32,000 nucleotides of DNA. Origin: Halomicronema hongdechloris C2206. GTDB taxonomy: Bacteria; Cyanobacteriota; Cyanobacteriia; Phormidesmidales; Phormidesmidaceae. Made by a program: the position numbers and the translations under genes. The notes beneath the pieces are model-generated. The model worked only from the letters and a program-made list of their open reading frames with translations, ran no database searches and was not told where the DNA came from. Location of the stretch: the NCBI RefSeq assembly GCF_002075285.3, contig NZ_CP021983.2, positions 840,001 to 872,000 of the forward strand, written 5' to 3'. Below, piece by piece: positions 21,297-29,589 of the stretch (positions within the stretch are counted from its first letter, which is position 1; every line of letters begins with the position of its first letter).

Positions 21297-22261
21297 TGAG
21301 TCATCCCAGGTGTTTTGACAGCCTCTGGAGCATCTTGGCTCCCAGGAATCGAAATTGCATCCCGTCGGCAGCGAGGAGCCCCGTCGAGAGACTCCTCCAC
21401 ACAGGCCAATTTGTCCGGGTTATTGACGATAAAAATGGCGCGAATGTGCTCGGCGTCGAAGCCGAAGGTGGCCACGCTAAACAGACGACGATCAACGTAG
21501 GTGAGAATACCTGGCTGTCCATTCACCCCCTGAATCTGATAGATCGTGTCTGCCGGCTTTTGCTTGCGGATGGTGAGCAAGAACCTGGCCACCTTAGCTG
21601 CGCCCTGTAGAGGTCTAGGAATGGCGCGGGCTTTACCGCCGCCGTCGGTGGCGATGGTGATATCTTCCGACAGTAAGGCCATCAATCCATGGAAGTCACC
21701 GGCATGACAGGCCCGTAGGAACTGGTGGACGAGTTGTTCCTGACGTTGCTGCGAGGGCTCAAACCGGGGCCGCTGAGTTGACAGGTGTCGCTTGGCGCGG
21801 CGGACGATCTGACGGCAGTTTTCCGGCCGTTTGTCGACGATGGTGCCGATGGTGTCATAGTCGTAGTCAAACGCCTCCCGTAGCAAAAAGACGGCTCGCT
21901 CCACCGGAGAGAGGGTTTCTAACAAGAGTAGAAACGCCGTGGAAAGGGTGTCGGCCAACTCGGCAGATTGGGCCGGGTCGGTCGTGGCTGGCGTGGAAAT
22001 TGGCTCTGGCAGCCAAGTGCCGACATACTGTTCTCGGCGAACGCGGGCGGAGCGCAGGTAGTCGATGCAGAGACGGGTAATGATGCTGGAGAGATAGGCC
22101 TTGGCGGAGTGGATGGCCCCATCTGAGGCCTGCTGCCAGCGGATAAAGGTTTCCTGCACCATGTCTTCGGCATCGGCGACGCTGCTCAACATGCGGTATG
22201 CGATCGCAAACAGCAAGGGCCGATATTGCCTGAATGCATCCAGTCGATCCGGTTGATCCAT
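21293..22261 (-). CDS. ECF sigma factor, ECF41 / SigJ-like, with a C-terminal SnoaL-like extension
   Basis: Sigma-70 region 2 (FRQYRPLLFAIAYRMLSSVADAEDMVQETFIRW) and region 4 (PVERAVFLLREAFDYDYDTIGTIVDKRPENCRQIVRRAKRHL) are present. The C-terminal extension carries the DGGGKA and NPDKL motifs described for the ECF41 group. Confidence 0.85.
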   Translation of the reverse strand: MDQPDRLDAFRQYRPLLFAIAYRMLSSVADAEDMVQETFIRWQQASDGAIHSAKAYLSSIITRLCIDYLRSARVRREQYVGTWLPEPISTPATTDPAQSAELADTLSTAFLLLLETLSPVERAVFLLREAFDYDYDTIGTIVDKRPENCRQIVRRAKRHLSTQRPRFEPSQQRQEQLVHQFLRACHAGDFHGLMALLSEDITIATDGGGKARAIPRPLQGAAKVARFLLTIRKQKPADTIYQIQGVNGQPGILTYVDRRLFSVATFGFDAEHIRAIFIVNNPDKLACVEESLDGAPRCRRDAISIPGSQDAPEAVKTPGMTH

Positions 22262-22389
22262 CAGAGGGTGGGCCTCCCTGTCCCCATAGTTTCAATCGCC
22301 GTGATAGGGTGATGCTCCCTGTCACATCGGCCGGATAGCTGCTATGGATTGAGCCTCTGGCCCGTCACCACCTGAAGCGATGGCAGCTG

Positions 22390-22803
22390 CTACACAGGCA
22401 GCGTCAGCGCCTGATCGGCGGCGCCAAAGACCAAGGCAATGGCCTTGGCGGGTTGAGTGTCGCTGGCGCTGTAGGTGGTCACATGAATCTCACCCGGCGG
22501 CTCGTAGAAGACCTGCCCCGCCGAGAGCCGGCGTTTGGGCCGATCTTGCATCTGAAACCAGACGGCGCCATCCAACACATATCCCAACACGAACCCAGGA
22601 TGGCGATGGGCCGGCGTCGGTGCTCCCCCGGCTGGAAACTCCAGGGCCACGACACGAACCGTCCAATCCTCCAAACTAACCGCAGGCAGCTCCTGTTGAA
22701 AGATGAGGGTCTCGCGATAGGTCTCAGCGGCATCAGCGGCCGGCAGCAGCAACTGGGTAAGCAGTCCAGCCAAACTGGCGTGCAGCAGTTCTCGGCGATT
22801 CAT
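22390..22803 (-). CDS. Cupin-domain protein with a Tat/Sec-like signal peptide
   Basis: MNRRELLHASLAGLLTQLLLPAADA, followed by the cupin_2 core PAHRHPGFVLGYVLDGAVWF...SAGQVFYEPPGEIHV. Confidence 0.75.
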   Translation of the reverse strand: MNRRELLHASLAGLLTQLLLPAADAAETYRETLIFQQELPAVSLEDWTVRVVALEFPAGGAPTPAHRHPGFVLGYVLDGAVWFQMQDRPKRRLSAGQVFYEPPGEIHVTTYSASDTQPAKAIALVFGAADQALTLPV

Positions 22804-22833
22804 AGTATCCTCCAGAATCAGCTAGTTTCAGAG

Positions 22834-23766
22834 CTATTTCTTTGTCGTTGCCATGGATCGGGGAGTCAGCCAGGCCAAGGAGCGGGGCTGCCATGCCAGT
22901 GCCTGCTTGGCCTTCACATTGGCGGCTCCCCGGAGGCGCGTGGCGTAGTACACCGTGTCCGCATCTTGGACAGCCTCTGCTGACACCGACAGAGGCGGGG
23001 GCGCCCCCAACCAGTGGGCATAGGCAGGCAACCAGTCTCGCAGGGCCATCGGCGTGTCATCCACAATGGTGTAAATGCCAGGAGCACCCCGCTCCACGGC
23101 GGCAACCGTGGCCGCCGCCGCATCGTCCACGTGAATCCAAGACCACACCCCTGCGCCATCGCCGACGATCGGGAACTGCTGCTGCCGCACCTGTTGGGCC
23201 ATGTTGCCATCGGGGGCATACCAGGTGCCGGGGCCGTAGAAGAAGCCATAGCGCAGGGCAATCCCCTCTAAAGTGTCAGCCGCAAGCACTCGCTGTTCCA
23301 GATTGGCATACAGGCGAGTGCCCGTTGCGATCGCAGGGGGCCCCACAAACGCCAAGGGAGTTTCCTCACTCGCTAACCCGTCTCCAGGGGCGTACCAAAA
23401 GCCGCAGGACTGAATAATATAGCGACGCACCCCGGCGGCTGCCGCTGCGTTTTGGAGATACCTGCCCCCCTGTTGACGAGTGCGGGCATCGGTTGCTGCA
23501 GCAGCTTGCATGGCTTGGCGGGTATAGGTCTGGGGCAGGGAGGTAAGTTCCTCAATCACGACGTCGGGGCGAAGGCGCTTCAGGATCTGGTCCACCGCCT
23601 CGGCCTCGAAAATATTCAACACGATCGGCGTCGCCCCTTGGTCGCCGACTGCCTGGGCTCGCTCCTGGGAGCGCGTCATGCCAAACACGTCGTAACCGGC
23701 CTGCATGAGTTGCGCCACCAGCGGTCGCCCAATCGCCCCGGTGGCCCCAGCCACAAATACTCTCAT
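22834..23766 (-). CDS. NAD(P)-dependent epimerase/dehydratase (SDR superfamily)
   Basis: MRVFVAGATGAIGRPLVAQLMQAGYDVFGMTRS is a Rossmann GxxGxxG N-terminus. The ORF is 310 aa. Confidence 0.85.
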   Translation of the reverse strand: MRVFVAGATGAIGRPLVAQLMQAGYDVFGMTRSQERAQAVGDQGATPIVLNIFEAEAVDQILKRLRPDVVIEELTSLPQTYTRQAMQAAAATDARTRQQGGRYLQNAAAAAGVRRYIIQSCGFWYAPGDGLASEETPLAFVGPPAIATGTRLYANLEQRVLAADTLEGIALRYGFFYGPGTWYAPDGNMAQQVRQQQFPIVGDGAGVWSWIHVDDAAAATVAAVERGAPGIYTIVDDTPMALRDWLPAYAHWLGAPPPLSVSAEAVQDADTVYYATRLRGAANVKAKQALAWQPRSLAWLTPRSMATTKK

Positions 23767-23895
23767 CTTCGCTCTCCTTCATTGCCTTCACTCCAGAAGA
23801 CGAAATCGGGAGGCGATCTGTGACATCTTTCATTGTCTGAGGTGAGTATCTGCGGTGCGAAGGCAGGGATCTGACTTCTGGGAGGAGCCGGTGAT

Positions 23896-24222
23896 TTAGG
23901 TACTAGACATGATGTAGCTCACCCCGACAAGACCACCGACGAAATTCCAGGGAGGCAGGTGAGTCAGGGCTTTCCAGCTGGGGGGTGCAAACAGGCCGGT
24001 CGCCAGCAATAGCAATAAGGCCGCTGTGCCGACGGCGTAGGAGATACCAGCCGCCAATGGGACAGACCCAGTGGTGGTGGCTAAATAGGCGTTCATGCTG
24101 GCCTGGATCGGTAGGGCGGTACCCGCCAACAGCGCCAGAGAGCCATAGAGGCAGGGTTGATAGCGCTGGAGCCAGGCGGTGGTTACATTCACAGGTTGAC
24201 GGTGCATAGTACGTACTCGCAA
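23896..24222 (-). pseudogene. DMT-superfamily DUF606 (YdcZ-like) membrane protein, apparently C-terminally truncated
   Basis: LLAGTALPIQASMNAYLATTTGSVPLAAGISYAVGTAALLLLL...PPWNFVGGLVGVSYI follows the DUF606 consensus. It stops about 40-55 aa before the expected end (the GQl...DhfG part is missing). No continuation was found in other frames of 23767-23895. Confidence 0.45.
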
Positions 24223-24268
24223 TTGGGGATCAGACTATCCACCAGGAGGCCCTTGGTAGATGGCAACC

Positions 24269-25245
24269 TCAAGCTGCGATCGCATGCCGATAGGACCCGT
24301 GGGCCAGTTCAGCCAACAGCGATGGAGCCGAGGGCGTCCAGTTGAGTAGCGTTTTCGCCCGATCGCTAGACACCCGCTGATCCAGGGCCAAGGCATCAGC
24401 CAAGGCTCCCCAAGTTTGTCGGGCCTCAGCCAAAGTCAGGACCTGGCGGCGATCGTCGACCCCCACCACTAAGGCCATCGCCGCGGCAATTGCGTGCACT
24501 GATAAATGCTCCCCGGCACCAATCAGCACCGTGCCAGCAGGGGCCTCTACGACAGCTCGCTCATATAAGCGGGCCAGATCCTCAACATGGACCAACGGCC
24601 ACACCGTCTCGCCCTGGCCGATGATCGGCACTGCATCAGCCTCGCGAGCGGCTTGGATCAGCATGGCAATGAGGCCACCGCCGTGGCCGTATACAATGGC
24701 CGGGCGAATCACCACCGAACTACCCCCCGGGACACCGCCGCCAGGGCGCGCTCTTCCACGGCAGGGCGCCAGGCCACAATCTCAGGGGGAGCCAACGGGG
24801 CGATCTCATCGGCGGGGTGGGCGCCGGTATTGCCCATTACCCAGATCCCGCTAGTGTAGACGAACGGCGTCTGAGTGCCTGCTAACGTCGCCACGATCGC
24901 TTCCACTACCGAGCCATCCACCGCGGCCATATCCCCCTGCTTGGCAGCCGTGTGGATCACACCCTCGGATGCCTCCACCGCCTGCTGCCAGCTAGCCGGA
25001 TTCGTCAAATCGCCACGGACAGGCTCCACGCCACGACTCGCCAGCTTCTGAGCCGACACTTCAGAACGGGCTAGCCCAACGACCTGATAACCACGGGCTT
25101 GCAAGGCCGTCGCCACAGCGCTGCCAATATAGCCGGTGGCACTGGTTAGAAATAGCTTCGGCCCATGATCCGATTGCGTGATCCCAGCGATTGCCGCAGC
25201 GTGATTGGGCAGCTCACACCGCCAAGCCCCTGCGATTTGCGGCAT
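24269..25245 (-). pseudogene. NAD-dependent epimerase/dehydratase-family SDR split by a frameshift at a C6 homopolymer (24723-24728)
   Basis: The upstream ORF contains KLFLTSATGYIGSAVATALQARGYQVVGLARS...ERALAAVSRGV. The downstream ORF continues VVIRPAIVYGHGGG...LLNWTP in the -1 frame. One extra G (minus strand) would give ...AAVSRGGSSVVIRPAIVYG. The likely start is the ATG at 25243-25245; the longer 276-aa N-terminal extension is not SDR-like. Confidence 0.7.
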
Positions 25246-25535
25246 TGATCCAGCCCGTTTTACCGCTATTTTTTGAGCCCTAGCAGGAGTGCAAAAATTC
25301 CCAAGAGTAGGACTTCTGTGCCCAACAGCCCATTCAGGATTGAGGCATCGTCGGGCTTGGAGATGAAGTGCGATCGCAGCAGGGTGTAGGGCACAAGCTG
25401 GCATCGGTTCCCCTTCTAGGAGGTCGCCAGGGCCGTGGCTAGAGTGCCAGGGCAAAACTAGTTCTGGCATCGTGCGGTCAGTGAGCGAGTGGCGATACTC
25501 CAGGTTAGGTCTCTGCCAGCCCAAGGGTTCACTCG

Positions 25536-26510
25536 TCAACAGATGCTGATGGCCACTTTTCCCCGCACCCGTCGTTGCTCCAGGTAACGGATCGCGTCAG
25601 GCACATCGCTGAGGGGATAGATGCGATCGATGAACGGCACCACCTTGCCAGTGTCCAGGAGATCCTTCAAGGTCAGCAGATCCGCTTGCTGGGGCTGCGA
25701 AGCTAGACACTTCACCGAGCGATCGCGCCACTTGCCCACTACCGGACCGAGCAGCATCGCCCGAAAGAAATCGGGAGTAGAGCCGCCCACCATGACGTAG
25801 GTGCCGCCCGGCTTCAATACCGGTAAATAGTCAGCAAAGGCACGAAAAGCTGCCGCATCCAGAATCAGGTCGTACTGCTGCCCCGCTTGGGCGACATCCG
25901 TTTGGGTGTAGTCAATGACCTGGTCGGCACCATGCGATCGCACCATGTCTACTTTTGAGCTGTGGCAAACACCCGTCACTTCTGCGCCAAAGGCTTTGGC
26001 AATTTGCACCGCAAACGACCCGACGCCACCAGAAGCTCCCACAATCAGCACCTGCTGGCCCGCCTGCAACTGCCCCACATCCCGCAGCCCTTGCAGCGCC
26101 GCCAGGCCAGACACCGGCACCGTGGCCGCTTCCTCAACGGTTAGATTCCTAGGCTTGAGCGCCAGGGCTGACTCAGCAGCACAGACATACTCCGCAAAGC
26201 CGCCGAATCCGGATTCCGACAAGTCCCCAAACACCGCATCGCCTGGTTGAAACTGGGTCACATGCTTGCCGATCGCCTCGACGTCACCTGCGATCGCACT
26301 CCCCAAAATTTGCTGCTTTGGTCGGCGCAACCCGCCGTATATGAGGCGAATCAGGAATGGGGTGCCCCGCATCAGATGCCAGACACCAGCATCCACAGAA
26401 GCAGCCCGGACACGGATCAGCACCTGATCATCCTGGGGCACCGGTTTATCGACCTCCTCCAACCGCAACACTTCAGGGGAACCATACTCGGTCTGTGCGA
26501 TCGCTTTCAT
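25536..26510 (-). CDS. Medium-chain (zinc-type/quinone) oxidoreductase, NAD(P)-dependent
   Basis: From the internal ATG at 26508-26510: MKAIAQTEYGSPEVLRLEEVDKPVPQDDQVLIRVRAASVD...VLIVGASGGVGSFAVQIAKAFGAEVTGV...RGKVAISI, a classic MDR/Qor-like pattern. Confidence 0.85.
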   Translation of the reverse strand: MKAIAQTEYGSPEVLRLEEVDKPVPQDDQVLIRVRAASVDAGVWHLMRGTPFLIRLIYGGLRRPKQQILGSAIAGDVEAIGKHVTQFQPGDAVFGDLSESGFGGFAEYVCAAESALALKPRNLTVEEAATVPVSGLAALQGLRDVGQLQAGQQVLIVGASGGVGSFAVQIAKAFGAEVTGVCHSSKVDMVRSHGADQVIDYTQTDVAQAGQQYDLILDAAAFRAFADYLPVLKPGGTYVMVGGSTPDFFRAMLLGPVVGKWRDRSVKCLASQPQQADLLTLKDLLDTGKVVPFIDRIYPLSDVPDAIRYLEQRRVRGKVAISIC

Positions 26511-26726
26511 CGTTTGGGCTCCTGGAACCAGAGCAGTGGGACTCGCTACTTGCATGAGGCTATTTGAGCTTGCAACTAACACACCCTTGCAGGATAGGGC
26601 AATACATTTACACTTGCCCCAGTATTCAGTAGACCTGTTGTGGCGACAGTTTTCTCTTGAACACCAAGGGTGAAAGGCAAATATGGACGAAAACTGGCTT
26701 CTCCTAATGCCGGATCGCCAGAAAGA

Positions 26727-26861
26727 ATTGGGGTTTTCGCCCCATCTTTCACGGATCAGCTTCGCGAGTTGGGAGCCCTGCCTTTCGATGCTCGATTCCC
26801 AGTCTTGGTAGATCAGGTGGTAGTAGGGCGACAATTCGACGTCATTGAGTGCTTCATGGAC
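26727..26861 (-). pseudogene. Possible 5' remnant of a class I SAM-dependent methyltransferase gene
   Basis: VHEALNDVELSPYYHLIYQDWESSIERQGSQLAKLIRERWGENP resembles the N-terminus of a methyltransferase family (hY.liy.dW...i.rQ...l..li). No GxGxG motif follows in any frame. The stretch is fused in frame to the MDR ORF in the ORF track. Confidence 0.3.
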
Positions 26862-26926
26862 TTACAACCGACGCTGACATGAAAATGTTCCTAGCAAACG
26901 ACGCAAGAAATGGTGTCAGAGATGAG

Positions 26927-28226
26927 CTGAGTGCCTGACAGAAGTAGCTGAAAGGTAGTCATATCAGGACAAAGAGGAAATAGGCAGAGCTCGTGTGCGA
27001 GGCTGTAGTTACCACACTGACGGCCAAAGCGACATGCCAAGCTCTACCCAGCTCTATGATCAACTGCTGCACTATCTGCGTCAATACAGCCACTACCGGG
27101 ACTTGCGCCATATCAAAGCCCTATCTTGGATGGTCACCGCCCTGATTTGTAGTGGTGAGCTGAGCCCACCTGCTTGGGAGTCCTACGTGATAAGCCGTGC
27201 CAACAAAGCGCAAAGCTTCGAGCGGCGGTGGCATCGATTTTTCGGCAACCGGCTCGTTGAGATAAATCAGCTCTACCTACCGCTGGTGCTGCTGACGCTG
27301 AGGCAGTGGGAGGGCAAGCGGCTGTATCTGGCACTCGATACAACGGTGCTGTGGAACCAATACTGCATGATTCACCTGTCAGTGGTGTGCTGCGGACGAG
27401 CAGTCCCGCTACTGTGGCGAGTGCTTGAGCATGGCAGTGCAACGGTGGCTTTTGAAGAATACCGCCCTTTGCTGCGCCGTGCCCGGTGGCTTTTGAGGCA
27501 GTACCCGAACCTAATGCTGCTGGCCGACCGAGGCTTTGCCAACCACGACTTGATGAGTTGGTTGCAAGCGAGCAGTTGGCACTACTGCTTGCGAGTGCCC
27601 TGCGATGTCCTGCTGCACGGGCCAAGGCGTTATCCGACTGAAGTGAGATATCTGTGGCCGCCAAAAGGCGAGGCGATTTTCTATCGAAATGTCAGGCTGT
27701 GGCAGGATGGCTCCCACCAGTGCAACATCGTGCTGGCGACGCTTAAAGGCGTCAAAGAGCCTTGGGCCGTCATCACCGATGAACCGCCTACCTTGCAGAC
27801 GCTCTGGCGCTACGCGTTGCGTTTCAGAGTAGAGGAGCTGTTTTTGGATAGCAAATCAGGAGCTTTCGAGATTGAAGACTCCCGAATCCGCTCAGCGGTA
27901 GCCCTTGAGCGACTTTATCTAGTGGCCGCTATTGCACTGCTTTATGGAACAACCACTGGCATGGCGGTTCAGATTGAAGGCCTTAGGCAGCAGGTAGACC
28001 CTCATTGGCGGCGCGGACTCAGCTACCTCAAGATTGGATTGCGCTGGCTTAAGGGAGTCGTTCACAAAGGACGACAGCTTCTAGAGCCGATAGCGCTGTT
28101 AGTCCGTGACCCAGAGCCTTGTTTTGCCTCCAAAAAAGCGGAGCACGACTATTACGACCAAATCTGGTTCTCTCGCATCCGCTCTCTATCCTGCCGACTA
28201 GAGTAAAAGATGTGTCAGGCAGTCAG
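26927..28226 (+). mobile_element. IS4-family insertion sequence of about 1.3 kb
   Basis: Terminal inverted repeats CTGAGTGCCTGACA (26927-26940) and the reverse complement of 28213-28226, CTGACTGCCTGACA, match at 13 of 14 positions. GATGAG occurs just outside both ends (26921-26926 and 28230-28235), a possible target duplication, although the right copy is offset by 3 bp. Confidence 0.65.
27034..28206 (+). CDS. IS4-family DDE transposase. The ORF is open from 26995; the ATG at 27034 is preferred.
   Basis: DDE context LALDTT ... LLADRGF ... and the IS4 signature Y-x2-R-x3-E-x6-K in YALRFRVEELFLDSK. Confidence 0.85.
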   Translation: MPSSTQLYDQLLHYLRQYSHYRDLRHIKALSWMVTALICSGELSPPAWESYVISRANKAQSFERRWHRFFGNRLVEINQLYLPLVLLTLRQWEGKRLYLALDTTVLWNQYCMIHLSVVCCGRAVPLLWRVLEHGSATVAFEEYRPLLRRARWLLRQYPNLMLLADRGFANHDLMSWLQASSWHYCLRVPCDVLLHGPRRYPTEVRYLWPPKGEAIFYRNVRLWQDGSHQCNIVLATLKGVKEPWAVITDEPPTLQTLWRYALRFRVEELFLDSKSGAFEIEDSRIRSAVALERLYLVAAIALLYGTTTGMAVQIEGLRQQVDPHWRRGLSYLKIGLRWLKGVVHKGRQLLEPIALLVRDPEPCFASKKAEHDYYDQIWFSRIRSLSCRLE

Positions 28227-28297
28227 GGCGATGAGACATATCGAAACGAAGCAAGAAACTGATATTCGCCGCTCCTTCGACTTGTTAGCTGACTTTG

Positions 28298-28636
28298 CTA
28301 GAGATACAAAACTGTTCGTAAACCCTCATCTATCTCCTTCTGCAAGTAGTTAGGTAGCGAACCAATACACTCAACCAAAAACGTCTTATCGATCGTGAAA
28401 ATTTGAGAGACATTTACAACGGAATCTCTCGACAAACCCGATACCCCATGCGGTAACAGTACATTGCCTGGTGCTTCCGCTAACCGAATATTTGAAGTGA
28501 TAATAACGACGATAACAGTGCTAATCTGGCTCTGGGTAAAAGTATCATCCTGAATCACCAAGACGGGACGACGATATCGAGGTTCTGAGCCCATTGGATC
28601 GGGTAGGTTCGCCCACCAAATTTCTCCCCGATACAT
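28298..28636 (-). CDS. mazF: Type II toxin, PemK/MazF-family endoribonuclease
   Basis: MYRGEIWWANLPDPMGSEPRYRRPVLVIQDD...VIVVIITSNIRLAEAPGNVLL...GLSRDSVVNVSQIFTIDK is a canonical MazF/PemK pattern. Its ATG overlaps the antitoxin stop (TAATG). Confidence 0.9.
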   Translation of the reverse strand: MYRGEIWWANLPDPMGSEPRYRRPVLVIQDDTFTQSQISTVIVVIITSNIRLAEAPGNVLLPHGVSGLSRDSVVNVSQIFTIDKTFLVECIGSLPNYLQKEIDEGLRTVLYL

Positions 28637-28872
28637 TACCAATCCTCGTGGGGCAAAGACATAAACTGCATCCTTGCCATAACTGGATCAAGTTCAGAGG
28701 ACTCTTTAGCGTAAACTTGGTTCAATTTGAGCAAGATTTGATCACGGTTGTGCCTTTTCAGGTATGCCTGTAGCGCTTTTGTGTAAAGCTCACTGCGTGA
28801 CACCCCTAACTGCTGAGCAAGTACTTCCGCCTGTTCAAAGACTGCATCTGGAAGTGAAATTGCAGTTTTCAT
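28636..28872 (-). CDS. Ribbon-helix-helix (CopG-like) antitoxin partnered with MazF
   Basis: MKTAISLPDAVFEQAEVLAQQLGVSRSELYTKALQAYLK has an RHH N-terminus. The acidic/hydrophobic tail ends HEDW. Confidence 0.85.
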   Translation of the reverse strand: MKTAISLPDAVFEQAEVLAQQLGVSRSELYTKALQAYLKRHNRDQILLKLNQVYAKESSELDPVMARMQFMSLPHEDW

Positions 28873-28902
28873 AGCGACCTTAGCTTAAAGTTCTATTCTT
28901 CG

Positions 28903-28921
28903 GTTATACCTCAGTTATACC
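28903..28921. promoter_or_regulatory. Two direct 8-bp repeats GTTATACC spaced 11 bp apart, 30-50 nt upstream of the RHH antitoxin; candidate autoregulatory operator and -10 region
   Basis: Read directly (28903-28910 and 28914-28921). The minus strand reads GGTATAAC-TGA-GGTATAAC. Confidence 0.4.
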
Positions 28922-28965
28922 AGGGCTGCAAGAATGAGCATCCTTAGATATCAGCAGATAGCCTT

Positions 28966-29357
28966 TCAGTACGTCCCAAGCCAACGAAATCCTTTCTCAC
29001 CTTTCAGCTTGCCATCAAAGCTGGCGGTTTCTCTGCAACCTGCCTGACGCGATGCTGCTCCAATCAGATAGTCAGAGAAGTCTGCTTTGCCCTGTTTGTA
29101 TCGCTGGAGGGCTTGATCCACAGTTGAACGGTTTTCAAATTCAAACGCAGCACTATGGAGCATGGTCTCCAGAACGCTGATAATTTCTTCTGAAAACGGT
29201 AGTTGGCCCCTCTGAGCACCCAAACCAATTCACAGAGAACGATATTTGCTATGAAGCAGGGTTGGTTTTGCTGAATCAGATCGGCAGCTTGTTGCCATTG
29301 CTGTTCGTCATCGCGGGTGAGGTAGCGTACCAGGATGTTGGTATCAAGCCCAATCAT
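28966..29357 (-). pseudogene. vapC: PIN-domain VapC toxin interrupted by a frameshift at a C4 run (29207-29210)
   Basis: MIGLDTNILVRYLTRDDEQQ...FIANIVLCELVWVLRG lies in one frame, and QLPFSEEIISVLETMLHSAAFEFENRSTVDQALQRYKQGKADFSDYLIGAASRQAGCRETASFD lies in the next. One extra G (minus strand) restores VWVLRGGQLPFSEE. Confidence 0.75.
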
Positions 29358-29589
29358 TGGCTCCCTGGGAAATGGCGGCATCCATATCTTCGAGGGTAGC
29401 TGGCTGGGTACCGGGCCGATGCAGAATGCCGGACAGGGTTTCTACAGCAACATTGAGGGGAAAGATTTTCACCTCGCCATCTTCATCAATCACAAACTCA
29501 ACTCTGCTGCCGCTGGTCAGCTTAAGATGCTGCCGAATTTCTTCCGGTATGGTGATTTGTCCAGTGTCAGTAACTGTTGTGCTGAGCAT
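29344..29589 (-). CDS. vapB: AbrB/SpoVT-fold VapB antitoxin
   Basis: From the ATG at 29587-29589: MLSTTVTDTGQITIPEEIRQHLKLTSGSRVEFVIDEDGEVKIFP (a SpoVT/AbrB looped-hinge pattern). It overlaps the vapC start by 14 nt. Confidence 0.8.
   Translation of the reverse strand: MLSTTVTDTGQITIPEEIRQHLKLTSGSRVEFVIDEDGEVKIFPLNVAVETLSGILHRPGTQPATLEDMDAAISQGANDWA

Noticed and set aside
23552-23833. 93-aa minus-strand ORF overlapping the 5' end of the epimerase gene
   Set aside because: It is out of frame with a well-supported SDR gene and has an Arg/Gly-rich translation. I also checked it as a possible continuation of the truncated DUF606 gene and found no similarity.
25246-25539. N-terminal 98 aa of the 276-aa ORF, treated as part of the SDR
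   Set aside because: It has no Rossmann or SDR similarity. The GxxGxxG motif appears about 30 aa after the internal ATG at 25243-25245. The extension also overlaps the 3' end of the neighbouring gene.
26511-26834. N-terminal 108 aa of the 432-aa ORF (25536-26834), treated as part of the oxidoreductase
   Set aside because: The MDR fold begins at the internal MKAIAQTEYGSPEVL (ATG 26508-26510). The upstream part is Cys/Ser/Arg-rich apart from a short methyltransferase-like stump, so the long ORF is a read-through artefact.
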